NCBI GenBank assembly: GCA_037924335.1 | Contig: JAXSMZ010000020.1 | Location: 1-27,661, forward strand | Source of the DNA: Aquificaceae bacterium | GTDB lineage: Bacteria; Aquificota; Aquificia; Aquificales; Aquificaceae | Direction of reading: 5' to 3' | Length of the DNA stretch: 27,661 nucleotides | Part shown: positions 18,339-27,661 of the stretch, one piece after another | Layout of the letters: every line of letters begins with the position of its first letter | How positions within the stretch are numbered: position 1 is the stretch's first letter | The notes under the pieces: model-generated | Database searches by the model: none | What the model saw: only the letters and a program-made list of their open reading frames with translations | Told to the model about the DNA's origin: nothing | Translations under genes and position numbers: made by a program

Positions 18339-18353
18339 TGGCATGAACTTTGC
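18339..18353 (+). promoter_or_regulatory. sigma54 (-24/-12) promoter
   Basis: TGGCATGAACTTTGC = GG-N10-GC, 27 nt upstream of the ATG, with RBS AAGGAGGT between. Confidence 0.75.
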
Positions 18354-18380
18354 GATTTATAGGGAAGGAGGTAAAGGTCG

Positions 18381-18881
18381 ATGGACAGAAGAGGATTCTT
18401 GACTACTTTACTTGGGTCAATTCCTTTCATTGGTAGTATCGCTTTTGCTCTACCAAAGAGGATAGAAATGAGGGACATAAAAAAAGAATCGGATATAGCT
18501 GTGGTTTATCACTGCGACTTTCCTCAAGAGCCCAGATTCAAAGCCATGTTAACCAACATAAGAAATCACCTATCCGTATACAACTTCGACCCATTTAAGA
18601 TAAAGATAGTAGTTGTAGCTCATGGACCTGGAGTAAAGTTCTTCATGAAGGACCTTTACGGAAGTCCGTGGGAAAACGAACCTATAAACATCAAAGAGCT
18701 ATACCAAATGGAAAAGGACCTCACCATCTCCGGTGTTGAGTACTACATATGTAACATAACGCTGACCAGGTTAAGATTGGACTCCAACAAGCTCCATGAG
18801 TTCACTGCTATAGTCCCATCAGGTGTAGGAGCATTAGGAGAACTCCAAGCTAAAGGCTTCGGTTACATAAAGGTTCAGTAA
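18381..18881 (+). CDS. Tat-exported DsrE/DsrF-like protein
   Basis: MDRRGFL twin-arginine signal, AFA cleavage site; VVYH, N..N, IVVVAHGPG, YICN.T, VPSGV..L..LQ..G.GYIK. Confidence 0.85.
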   Translation: MDRRGFLTTLLGSIPFIGSIAFALPKRIEMRDIKKESDIAVVYHCDFPQEPRFKAMLTNIRNHLSVYNFDPFKIKIVVVAHGPGVKFFMKDLYGSPWENEPINIKELYQMEKDLTISGVEYYICNITLTRLRLDSNKLHEFTAIVPSGVGALGELQAKGFGYIKVQ

Positions 18882-18892
18882 AGGAGGTAAAG

Positions 18893-20482
18893 ATGAGAAG
18901 AGACATTGTATTTGGATCTTGTGTATTGGCTTTGGCTGTTTTCTCACCAGACTTTGCCCACGCTATAAGAATCTCGGGTCCTGCAGAGGAACAGTATATG
19001 GATATAAACGCTCTCATACAGCTCTGGTTCAGACACCAAAATATAAGCTCTCAGAACAGACCCAACTTTGTAAATGCAAGCGATAGAGATGATGTTTTCT
19101 TTAGGAGAATAAGGCTTAGATTTTTTGGAAGTGCATCCAAATGGTTTAAATTCAACCTTGTCCTTAGAGATAACGACTTTGGGAGAGACCCCTACGATGC
19201 TCCTTTTGGAGGACAGCCAACACACTCAAAAAGACAGAGCAACAGAAACACTGGATACATACATGAATTTGATGCTGTACTTGCTCCAAGCGCCTTTACT
19301 AACATGGGTGGAATAACATTAGACTTACACCTTGGATATCCTAGGGTACCCATAGGTAGGGAACAATTCCAAAGGGCATATGACAATTTGGACCTGGACA
19401 GAACGAACGCCACATTGAGATGGACTCACCTTGCCGTGGGCGATGTTACTGGAAGAGCCTTTGGTGGATATATGCATCTTAGGGGTTCAAGCAAGGGGCA
19501 AGGATATTCTATGGTCACATGGGATGGCTTTTTGGGTGTCTTTGGAGGGTTCAAGAACGTAAAGAATCCGTGGGATGAGACAGTAGTTGGGGCAAGCAGC
19601 AACACACCACTGTGTGGATTTACCACACCAAACCCCAACATAGCCACATGTCTTTCTAAAACCAGAGGAAATGCTTCTGATAGTTTTCTTTACACCTTTA
19701 GAGCGACTGTTCAACTTGGAGACCCAGAAGGAAAGTCAGGTATATACAATTGGCTCTATAGGGATACTTATCTCGGAAAAAGGAAAGGCTTAACAGTCGG
19801 AGTTTCTTACGCTTTCCAAAATAGGATTGACCAGCACATTCTGACCGATACACAGGGTATATCCCCAGGTTTTCTCGGAAATGGTTCCCCTACGAACGGT
19901 GCTGGCACTGTCAACGTTAGGATACCCTACCTTCTTCTTCCAAACCCAATAGGTGTTAACGACCCAGCCTTATCCAACAGATTACTGGACAACAAAGTTG
20001 ATATGAAGTTTTATGGAGTTGACCTTGCCTGGCATCATGGTCCCATATCTTTTACAGCCGAAGTGGGTCAGGTAAAGTTCGATAAACTCTTACTCACAGA
20101 TGGAGCCAACAACACTTATCCTAACAGAAGTATAAAGAATGATTTTTGGTTGCTGAAATTTGGATATCTGATAAAACTAAAAGAGCCGCATATGCTCTTA
20201 CCTTACGTGAGCTATTCAGAGTACAGATCTCAGATAGTTAGAGTGGGTTCTGGTACTAACACAAGATTATACGGAGACGCTACAAACTTTGTTGGAGTTA
20301 ATCAGTTAACAGCTGGGCAGGACAGGTCAAGCCTTGGCAACATAAAACAGGTGGGGGTGGGGATAAACTACTATTACCTGAGTGAAAATTTCAGATGGAC
20401 GTTAGAATACACAAGGTTTGAAGAGCAGAGAAATAAAATAAATAACGATGCGATCACTGCTCAGTTTCAGTGGATCTTTTAA
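18893..20482 (+). CDS. Large outer-membrane beta-barrel porin (OprO/P- or ExtI-like)
   Basis: Sec signal (AHA), F.RR.RL..G early strand, amphipathic strands, C-terminal AQFQWIF BAM signal; RBS AAGGAGGT. Confidence 0.75.
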   Translation: MRRDIVFGSCVLALAVFSPDFAHAIRISGPAEEQYMDINALIQLWFRHQNISSQNRPNFVNASDRDDVFFRRIRLRFFGSASKWFKFNLVLRDNDFGRDPYDAPFGGQPTHSKRQSNRNTGYIHEFDAVLAPSAFTNMGGITLDLHLGYPRVPIGREQFQRAYDNLDLDRTNATLRWTHLAVGDVTGRAFGGYMHLRGSSKGQGYSMVTWDGFLGVFGGFKNVKNPWDETVVGASSNTPLCGFTTPNPNIATCLSKTRGNASDSFLYTFRATVQLGDPEGKSGIYNWLYRDTYLGKRKGLTVGVSYAFQNRIDQHILTDTQGISPGFLGNGSPTNGAGTVNVRIPYLLLPNPIGVNDPALSNRLLDNKVDMKFYGVDLAWHHGPISFTAEVGQVKFDKLLLTDGANNTYPNRSIKNDFWLLKFGYLIKLKEPHMLLPYVSYSEYRSQIVRVGSGTNTRLYGDATNFVGVNQLTAGQDRSSLGNIKQVGVGINYYYLSENFRWTLEYTRFEEQRNKINNDAITAQFQWIF

Positions 20483-20539
20483 AAGCCGTAAAGCCCCTAC
20501 TCACCTCCCTTTCTCTTCCTTTTTTTCTATAATTATCTT

Positions 20540-21763
20540 ATGAACGCTCTTTATAAGCAGGCTATATACGATAGGGCGGGAAAGGTAGCTTTTTATGAAG
20601 TCTTTATACAGGATATATCGACGGGTAAGTATCCTCAAGGGCTTGACCCCCTCAAAGCTACGACAATGGCTATAGATATACTTGTGGAGCTAAATCCTGC
20701 TAGGGTTGGAAATGGAAAACTCCTTTTTGTGAACGTACCTGCCATATTCCTCGAGGCATCCATGTTTGACCTACTATCTCCAGAATACATAGGTATAGAG
20801 CTTGTAGAAAATAAAAGGCTAACTAATCAACTTTTGAGCTCTATAAAAACATTGCTAAAGAAGAACTTCAAGTTCTCCATAGACGATTTCGGTTTTGAGA
20901 AGATAGACTACCTTCCACTGCTTGGAAAATGCCATTATGTAAAGATAGACTTTAAAAGCAATCCTTACGATACGGAGGAGCTTAAAGAAGTTCTGAGTAT
21001 TCTCAAAAGCTTGCGAAAAGGAATAATAGCTAAGAACATAGAAACGAAGGAAGATTACGAATCCGCTCACAAGCTTGGTTTTACTCATTATCAAGGCCTT
21101 TATCTCTCAAAGCCAGTAAAGGTAAAAGATACAAGGACCATATCTTACCTGAAAGAAACTATCCTTAAGCTGTACAAGGCTATAAAGGAAAAAGATTCAA
21201 AGAGTGTGGTAGACATTTTAGAAAAGGATATAGGAGCTACTTATAAGTTTTTGAAACTCATAAACTCTGTTTATTTCCCAAAGATGAGGAATATAAAAAG
21301 CATAGATGAGGCTGTAGCTCGCTTTGGACTTGATAATATAGCCAAGTTTACCATTGTGCTTGCACTTTCCGAGATGTTTGCACAAGATTATGAAGCAAAG
21401 CTATGGGAAAAGGCTCTCTTTAGAGCTAGCCTTGCCGAAAGGTTGTCAAATATATATGCTCCACAGCACAGAGAGAAAGCCTACCTTGTTGGACTGCTTT
21501 CCTTAGCGGACGAGGTTCTAGGACAGAGGCCAGAGGAAGTGGCAAGGGACCTTATGCTGGATAGGGATATAATTGAGGCTTTTGAAAAGAGGTTGAACGA
21601 ATTGGGATTCATACTTTCTCTCGTAGAACTCGTTGAGGATAACAGGGAAGATAAGATAATAAACAAGGTTTCAAGGATACTAAGCATAGGTCCAGAGGAC
21701 GTTAAAAGAGTAATAAGAGAAGCAGAAAAGGATGCTTCTCAACTGTTTGTCAGTATGGACTAA
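20540..21763 (+). CDS. EAL + HDOD protein (YuxH/PdeH-like), degenerate EAL
   Basis: Q.IYD, FVN, IELVE, IDDFG, KID, QG.Y.SKP; HDOD region with L..INS and AYLVGLLSL. Confidence 0.85.
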   Translation: MNALYKQAIYDRAGKVAFYEVFIQDISTGKYPQGLDPLKATTMAIDILVELNPARVGNGKLLFVNVPAIFLEASMFDLLSPEYIGIELVENKRLTNQLLSSIKTLLKKNFKFSIDDFGFEKIDYLPLLGKCHYVKIDFKSNPYDTEELKEVLSILKSLRKGIIAKNIETKEDYESAHKLGFTHYQGLYLSKPVKVKDTRTISYLKETILKLYKAIKEKDSKSVVDILEKDIGATYKFLKLINSVYFPKMRNIKSIDEAVARFGLDNIAKFTIVLALSEMFAQDYEAKLWEKALFRASLAERLSNIYAPQHREKAYLVGLLSLADEVLGQRPEEVARDLMLDRDIIEAFEKRLNELGFILSLVELVEDNREDKIINKVSRILSIGPEDVKRVIREAEKDASQLFVSMD

Positions 21764-22680
21764 TCTGTAGCGTAGCTGTGAAGGCCTGGAAAGTAGAGGT
21801 TTATAGCAAAGAAGCAGATCAGCACGGTAATGAATCCAAAGACCACCATCCAGGCAGTCTTTTTGCCCTTCCATCCTAACATCTGCCGAGCATGAAGGTA
21901 AGCACCAAAGAAAAGCCAGACTATCAAAGACCAAACTTCCTTTGGGTCCCAACTCCAATAGCCTCCCCATGCCTCATTGGCCCACGCAGACCCGAGTATT
22001 ATCGAAGCCGTCCACACTGGGAAAACTAAAACTATAGCTTTGTACGTTATCTCTTCGAGCGTATCCAAAGATGGCAGAATGCCTATACCTGGATATCTTC
22101 CTTTAATAAGGAAGAGAACAGCTCCAGCAAAGGATACAGTAAAGCCAGCATAACCCATAAAAGCAGTAACAACATGAAGGTAAAGCCAATAGCTCCTAAG
22201 AGCTGGCATGAGAGGAGTTATGTCCTTTGAAGCTTTGAAGATGGCAAAGGCTGAAAGGATAAAGAGCAATGGAACTACAAAAGTTCCCAAAATTCTAAAA
22301 GAGTACTTCCTTTCTACTATGAGGTATATTGAACCTGCAATGAAGCTCCAAAAGGTCAAGGCTTCAAAGAGGTTGCTCCATGGCGGATGAAAAACACCCA
22401 GTTCATAGCTTTGTATGCTCCTTCTTATCATGGCAGTGAGATTAACCAGAAGTGAGAAAAACAGCGACCATGTTGCTATCCTACCAAGCAGAGCATTCCT
22501 CAGAAGAGGATAAAACAGATAAAGAATTGAGGATATAGCATAAGATAGCATGGCTGATTTATACCAGAATATATTATCCACATTCAGAGAGGTTAGAAAT
22601 ATCAGAAGGAAGAGACTGACAAAACCCACAAGGACGTTGTTTAACTTCCCTATTCTTTCACTGTAAGCTGCGTATCTCAT
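21760..22680 (-). CDS. ccsA: System II cytochrome c biogenesis protein CcsA/ResC
   Basis: P.SNLFE, PALRSYWL.LHV, WANEAWGGYWSWDPKE, YLH, GLHSY. Confidence 0.95.
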   Translation of the reverse strand: MRYAAYSERIGKLNNVLVGFVSLFLLIFLTSLNVDNIFWYKSAMLSYAISSILYLFYPLLRNALLGRIATWSLFFSLLVNLTAMIRRSIQSYELGVFHPPWSNLFEALTFWSFIAGSIYLIVERKYSFRILGTFVVPLLFILSAFAIFKASKDITPLMPALRSYWLYLHVVTAFMGYAGFTVSFAGAVLFLIKGRYPGIGILPSLDTLEEITYKAIVLVFPVWTASIILGSAWANEAWGGYWSWDPKEVWSLIVWLFFGAYLHARQMLGWKGKKTAWMVVFGFITVLICFFAINLYFPGLHSYATD

Positions 22681-22686
22681 GGTTTT

Positions 22687-22757
22687 AGTTTACACCTTTG
22701 GGTTTTAACTTTCAATATGATCATCCTCTTGAAAATAATTCCTAAATGCTTTATATT
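22687..22757. promoter_or_regulatory. Divergent sigma70 promoters for ccsA (-) and the perR-like gene (+)
   Basis: Minus: TTGAAA (22715-22710), 17 nt, TAAACT (22692-22687). Plus: TTGAAA (22729-22734), 17 nt, TATATT (22752-22757). Confidence 0.7.
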
Positions 22758-22767
22758 ATAACACATT

Positions 22768-23202
22768 ATGGTGAAGGAGATAAAAGAAAGGGTCGAAAGT
22801 TTCATAAATGTGTGCAAGAGTATGGGTCTTAAGATAACTCCGCAAAGGGTGAGTGTTTACGAGGTGCTTTTAAACAGAGAAGACCACCCTACTGTAGAAG
22901 AGGTGTACAACGAGGTCAAAAAGAAGTACCCCTTTGTATCCTTAGCTACAGTTTACCGGACAGTGGAGACTCTTGAAGAGCTGGGTTTTGTAAAAAGGGT
23001 TGCTTACTGGGGTGGCTCTGTGAGGTACGATGCCAATGTGCAAGAGCATCACCATCTGATATGCATAAAGTGCGGTGCCATAAAAGACGTACATATCCAT
23101 ATAGACTGGAAACCACCCATGGAGCTGGAAGGCTACAGCGTAAACACTTATACGGTACATATGTACGGACTTTGCCCACAATGTCGGAAGGAAGAGACCT
23201 AA
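22768..23202 (+). CDS. perR: Fur-family regulator, PerR-like
   Basis: TPQR, HPT.EEVY, SLATVY, RYD.....HHH.IC..CG.I.D (Asp ligands as in B. subtilis PerR), CPQC. Confidence 0.75.
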   Translation: MVKEIKERVESFINVCKSMGLKITPQRVSVYEVLLNREDHPTVEEVYNEVKKKYPFVSLATVYRTVETLEELGFVKRVAYWGGSVRYDANVQEHHHLICIKCGAIKDVHIHIDWKPPMELEGYSVNTYTVHMYGLCPQCRKEET

Positions 23203-23498
23203 AGGTCTATACACCACAAGAAGTTCAGGAACGATTGTCCAAAGAGCTTCCAGAGTGGTCTTATCAGGATGGCTACTTGACAAGGAAGGTCTCTACCAAA
23301 GACTGGAAAGAAACTGTCCTTCTGTTTGGAGCTATAGCTTACATCTCCGAAGCTCATTGGCATCATCCCGATATGGAGGTCTCCTTCAAAAATCTGAAAG
23401 TAAAGCTCATAACTCATGAGTTCGGTGGCATAACGGAGAGGGATTTTGACCTTGCCAAGGAAATAGAAAAGACCCTTTCCACAAGACGGAAGAAGTGA
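23181..23498 (+). CDS. Pterin-4-alpha-carbinolamine dehydratase family protein
   Basis: LPEW, E...HHPD, L.THE.GGITERDF.LA; ATG 23181. Confidence 0.9.
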   Translation: MSEGRDLKVYTPQEVQERLSKELPEWSYQDGYLTRKVSTKDWKETVLLFGAIAYISEAHWHHPDMEVSFKNLKVKLITHEFGGITERDFDLAKEIEKTLSTRRKK

Positions 23499-23514
23499 TA
23501 TAATTAAAAACAAA

Positions 23515-23592
23515 GGAGCCGTAGTTCAGCTCGGTCAGAACGCCGGCCTGTCAAGCCGGAGGTCGCGGGTTCAAGTCCCGTCGGCTCCGCCA
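23515..23592 (+). tRNA. tRNA-Asp(GTC), CCA encoded
   Basis: GGAGCCG/CGGCTCC acceptor, loop CTGTCAA, GGTTCAAGTCC, GCCA end; TG-A-TATAAT at 23496-23504. Confidence 0.97.
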
Positions 23593-23604
23593 AAATTTGA
23601 GCAC

Positions 23605-24678
23605 TTAAACCTGCGCTTTGAGTTTCTCTTCTATGTAGTATTGACTTAAAGCATCTATCAACTCATCAAGTTTTCCTTCAAGCACTTCTTGGAGTTTATA
23701 GAGGGTCAGTCCTATTCTGTGGTCTGTTACTCTGTTCTGTGGAAAGTTGTAAGTTCTTATCTTTTCACTCCTCTCCCCAGTACCAACCTGCACTTTTCTC
23801 TCCCTTGCTAACTCTTCTTCCCTTTGCTTTTCATAAAAGTCTTTAAGCCTTGCATAAAGTATCTTCAAGGCTTTCTGTTTATTCTGAAACTGTGACCTTT
23901 CGTCTTGACAAGCTACAGTTATACCCGTAGGTATATGAGTTATCCTTACCGCCGTTTCTGTAGTGTTTACATACTGGCCACCTGCTCCGCTTGCCCTGAA
24001 GGTCTCTATCTTTAAATCCTGAGGGTTTATCTCTACCTCTGTCTCATCCACTTCTGGAAGAACTGCCACCGTTGCCGTTGATGTGTGTATCCTCCCACCG
24101 GCTTCTGTCTTTGGAACTCTCTGCACTCTGTGCACTCCTCTTTCGTACTTCATCTTTGAATAAACACCCTCACCCTCTATTAGAGCTATAACTTCTTTGT
24201 AACCTCCAAGGCCTGTTTTGTTGGCACTCAGTATGCTAAACTTCCAACCTTTCTCTTCCGCATACCTTTGGTACATGTTTAACAGGTCAGCGACAAAAAG
24301 TGAAGCTTCTTCTCCTCCCACACCTGCCCTTATTTCCAAGATCACATTCTTGGAATCTCTCTCATCCTTTGGTAGCATAAGTATTCTAAGCTTTCTTTCG
24401 GTTTTTTCTAGAGCTTCTTCTATTCTCTTTATCTCCTCTTTGGCAAGCTCTTCAAACTCTTTGGATTTGACTAGCTCCTTGACGCTTTCCATATCGCTAA
24501 TAAGCTTTTTATACTCTCTATATGTTTCGACTATCTCCGAGATCTCTTTGAGTTCTCTGCTTAGCTTAGCAAACTTCACTTTATCCTGTATTATATCTGG
24601 AGAAGCAAGTTCCCCTTCCAGCTCCTCATACCTTTTTTCTAAACTACTCAGCTTGTTTTTGATCTCATGAGACAGCAT
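23605..24678 (-). CDS. prfA: Peptide chain release factor 1
   Basis: EIRAG.GG.EA, PKT tripeptide, GAGGQ, RTYNFPQ.RVTDHRI. Confidence 0.98.
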   Translation of the reverse strand: MLSHEIKNKLSSLEKRYEELEGELASPDIIQDKVKFAKLSRELKEISEIVETYREYKKLISDMESVKELVKSKEFEELAKEEIKRIEEALEKTERKLRILMLPKDERDSKNVILEIRAGVGGEEASLFVADLLNMYQRYAEEKGWKFSILSANKTGLGGYKEVIALIEGEGVYSKMKYERGVHRVQRVPKTEAGGRIHTSTATVAVLPEVDETEVEINPQDLKIETFRASGAGGQYVNTTETAVRITHIPTGITVACQDERSQFQNKQKALKILYARLKDFYEKQREEELARERKVQVGTGERSEKIRTYNFPQNRVTDHRIGLTLYKLQEVLEGKLDELIDALSQYYIEEKLKAQV

Positions 24679-24872
24679 CATTCCTTTTGTGATACACCCG
24701 TTAGTTCAAGGTAGGCAGGTTTGACCCTTAACTTTCCAGAATAGAAAGGATGGCATAGATTACAGGATTCTATGTAAACCGTTCCACCATTTGTAGAGAG
24801 CAGAGTAAAGGTATTTCCGCATCCACAAACAAAAGTGGTAGGTTTAAGCTCTGGATGAATACCCTTTTTCAT
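24678..24872 (-). CDS. rpmE: 50S ribosomal protein L31 (Zn-binding type)
   Basis: MKKGIHP, CGCG, C..CHPFY.G; GGAGG RBS before ATG 24872. Confidence 0.96.
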   Translation of the reverse strand: MKKGIHPELKPTTFVCGCGNTFTLLSTNGGTVYIESCNLCHPFYSGKLRVKPAYLELTGVSQKE

Positions 24873-24874
24873 GT

Positions 24875-27661
<2,787 letters not shown>

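Noticed and set aside
20483..20527. Intrinsic terminator after the porin
   Set aside because: It is a pyrimidine tract with no convincing GC stem.
23061..23180. Extended N-terminus of the pterin dehydratase
   Set aside because: It lies within the perR-like CDS; the domain starts at Met 23181.

Overview
This window is compact, mostly housekeeping chromosome. Codon usage (AGA/AGG, ATA), overlapping genes and protein sequences suggest an Aquificaceae thermophile such as Hydrogenobacter or Thermocrinis (inference). Core genes are rplS-rnhB-rsmH-ftsL-like, tyrS, an ABC1/UbiB kinase, pdxA, DJ-1/yajL, an RlmI-like methyltransferase, uppP, ftsW, rpsT, murJ, thiE, two Fur-family regulators, radA, uvrD/pcrA, ccsA, a pterin dehydratase, prfA, rpmE and alaS, plus tRNA-Cys, tRNA-Leu and tRNA-Asp. 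Non-routine content: (1) both window ends carry the same ~125-bp element end in inverted orientation (120/125 identical), with phased TTCTATA motifs and an outward sigma70 promoter, probably an IS607-like left end; (2) a decayed IS200/IS605 tnpB has a 127-bp omega-RNA-only mini-element inserted exactly after TTTAA, so its predicted guide matches the intact host tnpB; (3) a sigma54 promoter with a phased TTGACA upstream array precedes a Tat-exported DsrE-like protein and a large porin, a candidate sulfur-compound uptake module; (4) a possible orphan CRISPR leader with one collapsed repeat sits beside the left element; (5) there is also an IS982 relic, a degenerate EAL-HDOD protein, and many apparently leaderless genes.
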